A stretch of DNA of 63,893 nt, filler included, from Octopus bimaculoides (lineage: Eukaryota): assembly GCF_001194135.2 (NCBI RefSeq). It is 7 parts of 7 records of this genome, joined end to end, with 100 filler letters (N's around TTAATTAATTAA, not from the genome) between each part and the next. Parts side by side here need not be neighbours in the genome. Positions count along the whole stretch, not along the records: positions 17,376 to 24,779 come from NC_068990.1; positions 24,880 to 34,952 come from NC_068994.1; positions 35,053 to 56,756 come from NW_026385542.1; 4 more parts are not named here. One strand, given 5' to 3'. The position numbers were made by a program, and so were the translations under genes. The notes beneath the pieces are model-generated. The model was not told where the DNA came from and ran no database searches. It saw nothing but the letters and a program-made list of their open reading frames with translations. The stretch's first letter is position 1. The number at the start of each line of letters is the position of its first letter. This document shows positions 24,455 through 36,825 of this stretch, piece by piece.

Positions 24455-24670
24455 CTATCTTATATATCCTTTACTTGTTTTAGTCATTAGACTGTGGTCA
24501 TACTGGGGTACCGCTTTGAAGAAGTTTTTAGTTGAATGAATCAACCAGAGTCTTTACTTTTCTTTACTTTTTTTTTTTAAGGCTGGTACTTATTCTATTG
24601 CTCATTTTAGCTATACTGCTAAGTTATGGGGAAATAAGCAAACCAACACCTGTTGCCAAGTAGTGGTGGG
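24455..24670 (-). mobile_element. SINE family B 3' half
   Basis: Same tail and GCTAAGTTA..GG motif as other family B copies; CpG-decayed. Confidence 0.75.
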
Positions 24671-25120
24671 CACACACACACACACACACATATAATTGAT
24701 ATATGTACATATACATATGATATATATACATATGTATGTATCTATATATATATACATGTATATATATATATATATATATNNNNNNNNNNNNNNNNNNNNN
24801 NNNNNNNNNNNNNNNNNNNNNNNTTAATTAATTAANNNNNNNNNNNNNNNNNNNNNNNNNNNNNNNNNNNNNNNNNNNNTATATGTATATATATATATTC
24901 ATATATACGTGTGCATGTACGCATGCATGTACGTGTCTTTGTGTACGGGGGTTGTGTGTAGATGTATGTATGTTGGTAAGCACAAGGAAGTGTATGTGAT
25001 TACATGAAGAAATATAGGCGCGTACAAGTCTGTACGTGTATCTGTTATCCTGATTGCATATCTCGTTCCCTGAGCCTCACCTTGTCTACATGCTAACTCA
25101 CATACGCACGCACGCGTGCG

Positions 25121-25169
<49 letters not shown>

Positions 25170-25557
25170 AACACACGCACATAACACACTTATATGTATA
25201 CGTAACCACCATATCGAAGACACTGAACAAACTTTAAAATTCCAATTTAATTTCCCATTGGAAAACCAACCTCACTGACCTATTGATGTCTTTCGTAGAG
25301 GAATAAAAAATCAGATGTCTTTCGTAGAGGGACATGAATTATTAATAGAATCCATCTGATTAAATTATTGAACAACCTGTACCTCTGTATATTTTCAGTT
25401 TTAATTTTTATTTATTTATTTATCTATTTTGCCCGAAGCAGAGAAATTCGAAGTCTTTTTAGCGATTAACTCTTTTTCTTCTGCATAAACGGCATGAAAT
25501 TTTGATTCAACTTTTTGTGTAGTTTTCTTTTTGTTATTATTTCTCTATAAACATATA

Positions 25558-25790
25558 GGTGGAGGCATGACTGTTTGTTAAGAAGACTGCTTCCCAACAA
25601 CATGGTTCTGGGTTCGCTTCTACTGCGAACCTTTGACAATTTTTTCTTTTGACAAGTGTCTTCTAATATAATCTCGGCCCAACCAAAGCCTCGAGAGTGG
25701 ATTTGATAGACCTCTGTGTGCATGTGTGTGTGCGTGTGTTCTACCATCACCCTCACCCTGACAATCGGTGTTCGTATGTTACTCAACATG
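25558..25790 (+). mobile_element. SINE family B 5' half (decayed)
   Basis: Head with CATGGTTCTGGGTTC, then CCAAAGCC..GAGTGGATTTG as in the 39.5 kb copy. Confidence 0.65.
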
Positions 25791-25991
25791 CCTCTAATTG
25801 CGTAGACTGAAATGAATGCGAAAAATAGGGTAAATAAAGTTTTTACAAACAGTAATCTCTCTCTCTCTCTTTCTATACACACATAAAAACACACACACAC
25901 CTATGTATGCATTTACATATATTCTTCGATTTTTCTATAACTTTCAGTACGAGGACTGCGGCCCCAGCAGAAGCACCGCCTATATACACAT

Positions 25992-26031
<40 letters not shown>

Positions 26032-26170
26032 ACANNNNNNNNNNNNNNNNNNNNNNNNNNNNNNNNNNNNNNNNNNNNNNNNNNNNNNNNNNNNNNNNNN
26101 NNNNNNNNNNNNNNNNNNNNNNNNNNNNNNNNNNNNNNNNNNNNNNNNNNNNNNNNNNNNNNNNNNNNNN

Positions 26171-26224
<54 letters not shown>

Positions 26225-26297
26225 GTATATATATATATATATATATACACATACATACAGGCTTACATATACACTCGCGTACATACATACATACGTG

Positions 26298-26531
26298 TTA
26301 TTTCTTTACTACCCACAAGGGGCTACACACAGAGGGGACAAACAAGGACAGACAAACGGATTAAGTCGATTATATCGACCCCAGTGCGTAACTGGTACTT
26401 AATTTATCGACCCCGAAAGGATGAAAGGCAAAGTCGACCTCGGCGGAATTTGAACTCAGAACGTAGCGGCAGACGAAATACCGCTAAGCATTTCGCGCGG
26501 CGTGCTAACGTTTCTGCCAGCTCACCGCCTT
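26298..26531 (-). mobile_element. Well-preserved full-length SINE family A copy
   Basis: Reverse complement reads AAGGCGGTGAGCTGGCAGAAACGTTAGCACGCCG..GAGTTCAAATTCCGCCGAGGTCGACTTTGCCTTTCATCCTTTCGGGGTCGATAAATTAAGTACC..GTAAAGAAATA. Pol III box-like motifs; CpGs intact. Further copies at ~26575-26745 (-), 33315-33478 (-) and 53740-53900 (-, decayed). Confidence 0.9.
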
Positions 26532-28736
26532 TCATACATACATACGTGTGTGTGTCTCTGTGTATGTGTGTGTGTAGCACAAAGCCTACAATTTCGGGGA
26601 AATGAGATTAGTCGATATCTTCGACCCCAGTACTCGATTTGTACTTTATTTTATTAGCCCCGAAAGGATGAAAAAGTAAGGTTCATCTCAGCGGGATTTG
26701 AACTCTGAACGCAAAACGTGGTAAGAAATACTGCAAAGCGTATTTCCGATTTTTTCTACATCATTTACACAGTCACACATCACAGAGGATGTATATTAGT
26801 CGACCCAGGATGTAAAAGAAAGTTTAGAAGAACCCCAGTCAAAAACGTAATCGATCTCTATGTATTTGACAAGTTTCATATCTTATAGCCCACTAGAAAT
26901 GAGTAAAAATGTTAAAAATAACATAAAATCGATGTTGATTTCGACTGCATTTTAATTAATTCAGAATGTGAAAGGGTCATAACAAAATACTGGCAACCAT
27001 TTAATCCACAAATTTAGTTATCTATTACTCTTCTTATTCATTAATATGTATATGTAATAGTAATCTAATACAAGTTAATTGTGATTTAATGTAATTACGT
27101 TCTGAAGTTTACTGAAATATTCATATAGTGCAAGGGCCATAAATTGATGCTTTGTTGTTAGTATTTATCTTATTGCTTTTGTTGGTTAAATTTGCATTGT
27201 ATATTGTTTATCGTAATGAGTAATAATGCTGTATATATTTTGATGAGTAGTAATGCCGTATATATTTTAACGGCACCTAGAATATTGATTTCTGTGGAGG
27301 ATGTTTAAAATAAAATTCATAAATAACAATATATGCATATTCCATTTCTTTAACTTCAATTTATTACAGTAATTATAATTTATCCACCACAGATGATGAA
27401 CGTTCGATTTCAGCGAGAATTGGACAGAAAATGAAGAGCGAAACAAAAGTGGGTATAGTTTCNNNNNNNNNNNNNNNNNNNNNNNNNNNNNNNNNNNNNN
27501 NNNNNNNNNNNNNNNNNNNNNNNNNNNNNNNNNNNNNNNNNNNNNNNNNNNNNNNNNNNNNNNNNNNNNNNNNNNNNNNNNNNNNNNNNNNNNNNNNNNN
27601 NNNNNNNNNNNNNNNNNNNNNNNNNNNNNNNNNNNNNNNNNNNNNNNNNNNNNNNNNNNNNNNNNNNNNNNNNNNNNNNNNNNNNNNNNNNNNNNNNNNN
27701 NNNNNNNNNNNNNNNNNNNNNNNNNNNNNNNNNNNNNNNNNNNNNNNNNNNNNNNNNNNNNNNNNNNNNNNNNNNNNNNNNNNNNNNNNNNNNNNNNNNN
27801 NNNNNNNNNNNNNNNNNNNNNNNNNNNNNNNNNNNNNNNNNNNNNNNNNNNNNNNNNNNNNNNNNNNNNNNNNNNNNNNNNNNNNNNNNNNNNNNNNNNN
27901 NNNNNNNNNNNNNNNNNNNNNNNNNNNNNNNNNNNNCATTGTTTGGCCCGGAGCAATAATGGAAGACAGTTGTGGATTCTGAGCTCAAAACCCAAAGAAC
28001 CGTAAATGAATCCCGTAAGACATTTTTTCACGTCGCTCTGACGATTTTATCAGTCCAGTGCTCCTACTGACACACTAAAACAGCCAGCCAATAACAACCA
28101 CATCACTGCGAATTGTTTATTTACTTTCCTCTATTTGAAAAAGAGACTCTTTCCCGAAATATTATAGGACCATTAAAGAACCTAAAGGGAAATGTAATAT
28201 GTCTTTTTTTTTTATTTTTGTTTATCAGCATCATCTTATATATTTTACCTAACTTCTTACAAGCATTTCTCAAGGGTTTAAGAGAGATATTGAAAACTGT
28301 ACATAAACAATATCGATCTTCCTAGCAGTTGACAGATCACGGGGCAATGTTTCACCTCATCATGACTAAACTAAAAAAATTTTTTAGATATGTTTAACTT
28401 TGTAATTTAGAAATTTACGTTCAACACACGTCTCCAACTTTGATCCTAATGCGTTTTCTGCTGTGGCCTTGTTAGCAATATCTGGAAGAAGCAAACAGTG
28501 CGGAAGCTGACCTTCACAGTGAGAGCGTGAACATGTATATGCATGTGTGTGTGTATGCTGGTATATACAGATGAGAACAGTGCGTCGTGTTACGTTCCTC
28601 TGTAGCGAAAAATATGCATACTCGTTCAAAAACAGATCTTAATAAACTACATTTAAGACAAAATAAGTACTGCTGGGAGTGGAGAGCGACATGACTGAAA
28701 ACGGTGAAAGAAAGAATAAACGAATATCTATATCCG

Positions 28737-28773
<37 letters not shown>

Positions 28774-28789
28774 ATAATAATAATAATAA

Positions 28790-29447
28790 TAGATGCCCGG
28801 ATGCAGTACCAGGCAGTGGCTCTCATGGCTTCTGATCTTAATTGATTGGAAGTGTTATCATGTACATTGTTTTGTCTTGGTATAAAAAGATGGGCTACAT
28901 CAAATATTCTGCTTAATACCACAGATTTGCTTGTCAGTTGTTTGACCTTAACCACCTTGGTGGCTGACAATATGTGCATCTCTGATCACGAGCAGAAGTA
29001 GTGGGGGANNNNNNNNNNNNNNNNNNNNNNNNNNNNNNNNNNNNNNNNNNNNNNNNNNNNNNNNNNNNNNNNNNNNNNNNNNNNNNNNNNNNNNNNNNNN
29101 NNNNNNNNNNNNNNNNNNNNNNNNNNNNNNNNNNNNNNNNGTTGAGAGGAATTCTTTGGGGTTTGAATAATTCACCTTTGGAAACATGGGTGTTTTGCTC
29201 AACATCCTTAAACAAACCTTATTCAGGGACCTTTTGAGCGGGATGGGCTACTCGACCTGCAGAAAATTCTAACTGGGCTCCACCTGCGAGGTCATGCGCT
29301 GTTTATCTTGCTATGTCGCGCACATATGGTTGTGATGCATGTGCCTGGTGTACCCTTATCAGACGGGTAGTCATGATGGGTATAATGGGCTTCGTATATT
29401 TTATCCCAGTGTCACTTTGATGGCATGCACTGCTCTCTCACTCAATA
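28790..29447. mobile_element. Unclassified interspersed element embedded in an (AAT)n tract (spans an N gap)
   Basis: Non-repetitive-looking block that starts right after (CTA)n(ATA)n and ends CTCTCTCACTC directly before AATAACAATAATAAT. No coding similarity recognised. Confidence 0.5.
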
Positions 29448-29884
29448 ACAATAATAATAATAACAATAATAACAACATGTAAGTATGTATGTATGTATGT
29501 ATGTACGTATGTACGTATGTATGAATGCGTGTGAACATATGTATATATCTCATTTCTCCAGTTCAATCAATTGTAGAAATTTGTTGTGACGTCACTGGTG
29601 CTAAGCTGTACCGGCTTTTGTCTTTCCTTTGGATAACGTCGGTGACATGGTGAGTGGAGGCTGGTATGCACGGGCGGCTGGTATGCACGGGCGGCTGGTA
29701 TGCACGGTATGCCTGGTATGCCTGGACTTGTGCCTCGGAGGGTAACTTTCTAGGTGCAATCCCATGGTCATTTATAACCGAAGGAGGTCTTCAACCTTTA
29801 TTGTCTCTATGCATCCGTGTATGTATATGATAATTCTAATTCATTGTCCTAATTAGAATGTGCTGTCATATTAGTATCAAATTT

Positions 29885-30460
29885 GTCTGCACAAGGCCAG
29901 CGTTTCGGGGAAAGACGAAAAAATGCTGCTAATCATTTTATCCAGCGCGGTAACGATTCTGCCAGCTCGCAGCTTAATGTGTTGCAATATTTGTCAGGAT
30001 TCCGCCGAGATCGACTTTGCCTTTCATTCTTTTAGGACGATAAAATAAGTACCAGTTGCATACTGGGGTCGATATGATCGGCTTACCTCTACCCCCGAAA
30101 TTGCTGGCCTTATGCCAAAATTTGAAACCAATATTCATGTCTGGATTAAGGCTGCGAGCTGGCAGAATCGTTAGCACGTCGGACAAAATGCTTAACGGCA
30201 TTTCGTTCGTCTTTACGTTCTGAGTTGTAATTCCGCCGAGGTAGACTTTGTCTTACATCCTTTCGGAATCGATAAACTAAGTACCAGCTGCGTACTGGGG
30301 TCGATCTAATCGACTGGCTCCCTCACCCCCAAAATTTCGGGCCTTGTGCCTAGAGCAGAAAAGAATCGTTAGCACGTCGTACAAAATGCTTAGTGGCATT
30401 TCGTCCGTCTTTACTTTCTGAGCTCCAATTCCGCCAAGGTCCACTTTGCCTTTCATCTTA
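29885..30460 (+). mobile_element. Cluster of SINE family A fragments
   Basis: Short minus-strand piece at ~29885-29975, then plus-strand cores at ~29990-30130, 30148-30352 and 30360-30460. Confidence 0.8.
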
Positions 30461-31698
30461 AATGCTAAGATNNNNNNNNNNNNNNNNNNNNNNNNNNNNN
30501 NNNNNNNNNNNNNNNNNNNNNNNNNNNNNNNNNNNNNNNNNNNNNNNNNNNNNNNNNNNNNNNNNNNNNNNNNNNNNNNNNNNNNNNNNNNNNNNNNNNN
30601 NNNNNNNNNNNNNNNNNNNNNNNNNNNNNNNNNNNNNNNNNNNNNNNNNNNNNNNNNNNNNNNNNNNNNNNNNNNNNNNNNNNNNNNNNNNNNNNNNNNN
30701 NNNNNNNNNNNNNNNNNNNNNNNNNNNNNNNNNNNNNNNNNNNNNNNNNNNNNNNNNNNNNNNNNNNNNNNNNNNNNNNNNNNNNNNNNNNNNNNNNNNN
30801 NNNNNNNNNNNNNNNNNNNNNNNNNNNNNNNNNNNNNNNNNNNNNNNNNNNNNNNNNNNNNNNNNNNNNNNNNNNNNNNNNNNNNNNNNNNNNNNNNNNN
30901 NNNNNNNNNNNNNNNNNNNNNNNNNNNNNNNNNNNNNNNNNNNNNNNNNNNNNNNNNNNNNNNNNNNNNNNNNNNNNNNNNNNNNNNNNNNNNNNNNNNN
31001 NNNNNNNNNNNNNNNNNNNNNNNNNNNNNNNNNNNNNNNNNNNNNNNNNNNNNNNNNNNNNNNNNNNNNNNNNNNNNNNNNNNNNNNNNNNNNNNNNNNN
31101 NNNNNNNNNNNNNNNNNNNNNNNNNNNNNNNNNNNNNNNNNNNNNNNNNNNNNNNNNNNNNNNNNNNNNNNNNNNNNNNNNNNNNNNNNNNNNNNNNNNN
31201 NNNNNNNNNNNNNNNNNNNNNNNNNNNNNNNNATATATATATATATATATATATATATAGTTTTGAAATCAGTAGTTCTTTGACTGCTATTTCTGAATTC
31301 TCAGTATGTTGGAGAAGCAGGTTACTGTCAATCCCTATATATTTATGATTATAAATATATATATGTATGTATTTATATAAATATATACAATACACATGTA
31401 TGTATATAAATGCATACACTATATATATGTTTGTATATACATATATATTCAACTATGCATAAATAGCTATACACCCATCAATCCGTCCATACATACATAC
31501 AGATCCAGAGATATAGTTCTTCTGATTACCTTTGTGCTAATATAAATTTCCTTCCTTAGTTTATGCACGTTTGGAGTTTTCTAATCGTCGCATGTTTGCG
31601 TGAAATGAATTTAGAATGTTTACTCTCAGAAGGCTTTTTAGATGATTCTTTCGTCTTTGTGACTTATATATATCTATATATATAAAAATGAGAATGTG

Positions 31699-31729
<31 letters not shown>

Positions 31730-34039
31730 GTGAATCCCTAAAACTCGAGAACTACGCAACCAATTTCATTCAAATTTTACAGATGCCTTACTTAGGGTTC
31801 CAGTTGTGTTTTAGTCAAAAACAATTATTAACTTCTTGCGGAGTTCGAGCCCACGGCAACATAATATCTCCTCCACTATTTAAGTATTACGTGTCAAAAG
31901 TGAAACAAAAACACTCATGTCAAATACTTTCACTTTANNNNNNNNNNNNNNNNNNNNNNNNNNNNNNNNNNNNNNNNNNNNNNNNNNNNNNNNNNNNNNN
32001 NNNNNNNNNNNNNNNNNNNNNNNNNNNNNNNNNNNNNNNNNNNNNNNNNNNNNNNNNNNNNNNNNNNNNNNNNNNNNNNNNNNNNNNNNNNNNNNNNNNN
32101 NNNNNNNNNNNNNNNNNNNNNNNNNNNNNNNNNNNNNNNNNNNNNNNNNNNNNNNNNNNNNNNNNNNNNNNNNNNNNNNNNNNNNNNNNNNNNNNNNNNN
32201 NNNNNNNNNNNNNNNNNNNNNNNNNNNNNNNNNNNNNNNNNNNNNNNNNNNNNNNNNNNNNNNNNNNNNNNNNNNNNNNNNNNNNNNNNNNNNNNNNNNN
32301 NNNNNNNNNNNNNNNNNNNNNNNNNNNNNNNNNNNNNNNNNNNNNNNNNNNNNNNNNNNNNNNNNNNNNNNNNNNNNNNNNNNNNNNNNNNNNNNNNNNN
32401 NNNNNNNNNNNNNNNNNNNNNNNNNNNNNNNNNNNNNNNNNNNNNNNNNNNNNNNNNNNNNNNNNNNNNNNNNNNNNNNNNNNNNNNNNNNNNNNNNNNN
32501 NNNNNNNNNNNNNNNNNNNNNNNNNNNNNNNNNNNNNNNNNNNNNNNNNNNNNNNNNNNNNNNNNNNNNNNNNNNNNNNNNNNNNNNNNNNNNNNNNNNN
32601 NNNNNNNNNNNNNNNNNNNNNNNNNNNNNNNNNNNNNNNNNNNNNNNNNNNNNNNNNNNNNNNNNNNNNNNNNNNNNNNNNNNNNNNNNNNNNNNNNNNN
32701 NNNNNNNNNNNNNNNNNNNNNNNNNNNNNNNNNNNNNNNNNNNNNNNNNNNNNNNNNNNNNNNNNNNNNNNNNNNNNNNNNNNNNNNNNNNNNNNNNNNN
32801 NNNTGTTGAGTAAAATTATTTCGTTGCAGACCTCCTTTGGGTCTTTTTATTATCACTACGACACACATAGTCCCCAGTTGGTAACATTGATTTCAAGGCC
32901 CTCCTGGATGAGAGACTGGCATTCCACTTAATGTCTATGTTCCATGCTGGCATGGATTGGAGAGTTATTAATGTAGAAATATGGTATCGTAGCTACTAAC
33001 AGTTGAGGGTTGCGTAGTCTAGACGGCGTTTTTAGATTTCATTATTCTCTTTAACCCGGGCAAAGTCGGGTATTTCTGCTAGTATATATATATATATATA
33101 TAAAAGAGCACAGAGGCACGTGCGATCGTGTTTCTTCTTTTTTTTTTCTATCTCTTAGTAGCTACATTCATTCATTGGACTACAGCCATAAAGCCAAACT
33201 ACAGCACTGCGTTGATAGTTGTCGAACAAATCGTACAGAGTCCTTTTGGGGTTGCTGTACACACACACACACATTACACACACTCACACAGACACATCGC
33301 GCACACTCACACACACAAGGCCAGTAGTTTCGGGGAGGGGGTAAGTGCTCAACTGATACTTATTTTATCGATCTCGAAAGGATAAAAGACAAAGTTAACC
33401 TCGGCGGAATTTGAACTCAGAGCGTAATGCCACTAAGCATTTTGCCCGGCGTGCTAATGATTCTGCTAGCTCACCGCCTGACATCCAACCAATATTAAAG
33501 TCTGTATATGGTCACATATCTTGTTAGAAATAGCTGCCAAATTATTACCCTCGGATAACACACCACTGTCTTAAAAAAAGACACAGAAAGGAGAAAAAGG
33601 ATAAATTAGATAATGTCTAACAGTAACAACAACGGCAACAACAATTACAAAAGAAGACAATGTACCTCTTACAAAAAGCTGTTACGAATGAAAAATAAAA
33701 GAATCAAAACCAAAAACAAAAACAAAAAAAGAATGAGAAAAGAAAAATCTACACATCAGATGTTAAGACGAAAAATCATGGCTTTAAGAAAAAACAAAAA
33801 CAATCAAAAGTGCAAAACAACGTGAGTCGTGTGTTGCACAGAGTAGGAAACCTAAATTCAATAATAACAACGGACGAAAATCAATGAGTTAAGAAAATAA
33901 ATAAACACACAGATGAATCGTTTAACAAATTAACACCTAATCGAATCTGAAACAGCTCTGTGTTGAGACATAGCCTCAGTGGATAAATTAAATAGAACTC
34001 GATGAAGAAAAACATTTACATCTGTGTAAACGTTTCTGA

Positions 34040-34790
34040 AAGTGTGGCTCTGCGCTTAAGAAGGTTTCTTCTTAGTGTGGCTCTGCGGTTATAAAGCTTT
34101 CTTCTTAGCGATATGGTTTTGGGTTCAGTCAAGCTGCGTGGCTCCTGGGGTTTGTGTTTTCTGCTATAGCCCTGGACTGGTCAAAGCCTTGTGAGTGGAT
34201 TTGGTTGGCGGTAACTGAAAGAAGCCTATCATAACACACACACAGACACACACACACACACATATGTATGTATCTATGTGTGGCTGTCTTTGTGTTTCTC
34301 CTTCACCACCGCTTGACAACCGATGTTGGTTTGGTTACGTAACTTAGTAGTTCAGCAAAAGAAACCGATACAATAAGAATCTAACTTTAAAAAAAAATGA
34401 ATACTGGGACCGATTTGTTCGACTAAACCAGTGGTTCCTAAACTTTTTGGGGCTGTCCCTTTGATACACAGGCTACATTCCTAGCGCCCCACCCTACTTA
34501 CCACCACAAACATAAACCTCTTTCTGAAGCAAACAAAGCAACTGTATTTCACAAATAAAACTTAACCTATTATTTTGTTCTTTTTACATGAATCGCTACC
34601 CCATTATCGCCCTACTTTTTACATTAACTGCTACCTCCTTTATCGCCCCACTTTTCTTCAACACCACCTAAGAACTCCCCCCCCCCAGAGGGGCAATACC
34701 ACTCACTTTGGGAACCACTGGCCTAAACCATTCAAAGCGGTGCCCCAGCATGACCGCAGTCCAATGACTGAAACAGGTAAAACAAGATAA
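34040..34790 (+). mobile_element. SINE family B copy interrupted by a hAT MITE
   Basis: Duplicated head, then GGTCAAAGCCTTGTGAGTGGATTTGG, a CA tract, CTTGACAACCGATG, and tail CCCCAGCATGACCGCAGTCCAATGACTGAAAC resuming after 34728. Confidence 0.8.
34429..34720. mobile_element. Non-autonomous hAT-type MITE
   Basis: TIRs CAGTGGTTCCTAAACT and reverse complement CAGTGGTTCCCAAAGT. 8-bp TSD GACTAAAC (34421-34428) / GCCTAAAC (34721-34728). Confidence 0.85.
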
Positions 34791-36339
34791 AAGCTCTGAA
34801 ACAAACATACACAGACAGGTTTCATATTGCTTTAAAACTTGAGCTGTTGGTCAGGCATGGTGTTCTGTTTAACACCAATTCATGATCGTTAGGTACTTTT
34901 AGAGAGGTCGAACTCTTCGCAAGAATTCAAATGGTGCCGGCCTGGCTGCGTGNNNNNNNNNNNNNNNNNNNNNNNNNNNNNNNNNNNNNNNNNNNNTTAA
35001 TTAATTAANNNNNNNNNNNNNNNNNNNNNNNNNNNNNNNNNNNNNNNNNNNNTTTACATGGGTGTGTATGATTCTTGCGTGTGTGAATGTACGCGCATGT
35101 AAGTGTATACGTGTATGCATGCTTCTGTATGTGTGTGTGTCTATATATATATGCACGTATATATGTTTATGGAAGAATAATAGAAAAGTGAATTAAATGT
35201 GTGAATGAATGACTATATACATGGAAGAATGAGTGAAGGAAATGCGTGTAAGAATGAGTGAAGGAAATGTGTGTAAGAAAATTGTGTGGGGGAGAAAGAG
35301 GAAGTGAGAAGGAACGAAATTACTAAAAGAAAAATTTAAAGAGAGATAACATCCAATGACCATAATAAACAGGGGGTAGCGAGGAATAGCAAGACAGAGG
35401 GAGTGTGAGGAAGAGGAAAGAGGGAAAGGAGGAGGGGTTAAATTGATGGAGAGAGAGAGAGAGAGAGAGAGGTAAAGAGAAAGGGGTAGAGAGTGAGTGG
35501 TGGAGAGAGAGAGAGGGAGCCAGATAAACTGAAAATGAGAGATAGAGAGAATAAGGAAGAGATAGAGAGACAGGAGGATAGGGAGAAGGAGAGAGAGAGA
35601 GAGATGATGAAGAGTGTGAGGGAGAGAGAGATAAAGAGAGTGAGGGAGAGAAAGAGACAGACAGACAAACTGAGAATGCGTGAGAGATGGAAAGAATGAG
35701 GGTGATACAGAGAGGGGGAAGTGACAGAGAGAATGAGAGAGAACGGAATAGAGAGACAGAATGAGAGAGAAGCTATAGAGAGAGGGGGAGAGGGGGAGAG
35801 AGAGGTTAGGGAGAGAGAGAAGTTAGGGAGAGAGAGAGAGGTTAGGGAGAGAGAGAGGGAGAGAGGTGTGAAGTAAAATCCATGTTATGTTCTATAACAT
35901 GTTGATTTTATGAGGAACCCCAGCCCCATTTATCTAAAGATTTCTCGTATTTTAAGGGTCCTTTACTACCCTCTGAAATCTGCGGTCAAGATATATTACT
36001 GACAGATTATGTGTAAATGACGCAGCTGTTACAATCTCCGCGTGTGTGCCCTGAACAACTAGACTAAGAAATACTACCTTCAAGAACCAGGCCAGAAGGC
36101 ATCAACCCTTGGCAGCTAAAACAGCGATTCTCGTAGGGATTCTAATATACCCTTCCGTTCCCCGTAATCAACATGTCACCGTTCGGTTTGAGAGGGATTT
36201 TGGCTGCTATTTCTAATCAAATCGAGAGACAATAGAGACGTTTTTGTCAAATAGTGTATTGTTTTAGATATTACCTAAATGAAAAACGAACATTGTCGGT
36301 CCTAGTTGCAATTGTCGTATATATGTATCACCACTGTCG

Positions 36340-36794
36340 CCACCATCATCATCGTCATCATCATCATCATCAACATCACCATGGTCACAATGTACCAAAA
36401 TGTGTGAGAAATACATCAGCAATCTTTATAAGTTAAGTCATAAGTCTTCCACCACCACCACCACCACCACCGCCACCACCGCCANNNNNNNNNNNNNNNN
36501 NNNNNNNNNNNNNNNNNNNNNNNNNNNNNNNNNNNNNNNNNNNNNNNNNNNNNNNNNNNNNNNNNNNNNNNNNNNNCAACACCATCATCACAACACAACA
36601 TCCATCACCATCGTTTTCCACGTGGTTTGCATCACGCATCACCACCACCAACACCACCACCACCACCACCATCACCACCACCATCACCATCATCGTCATC
36701 ATCATCAACACCACCACCACCACCACCACTATCATCATCATCATCGTCATCGTCATCATCATCATCACCAACACCGCCACCATCAGCCGAATCC

Positions 36795-36825
<31 letters not shown>

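Noticed and set aside
26298-26531. tRNA gene calls for SINE heads
   Set aside because: Box-like motifs are present, but no cloverleaf; they run straight into shared SINE cores in many copies.
35785-35850. Three TTAGGG hexamers as an interstitial telomere
   Set aside because: Separated by GA runs, not tandem; better explained as variants in a purine-rich repeat.
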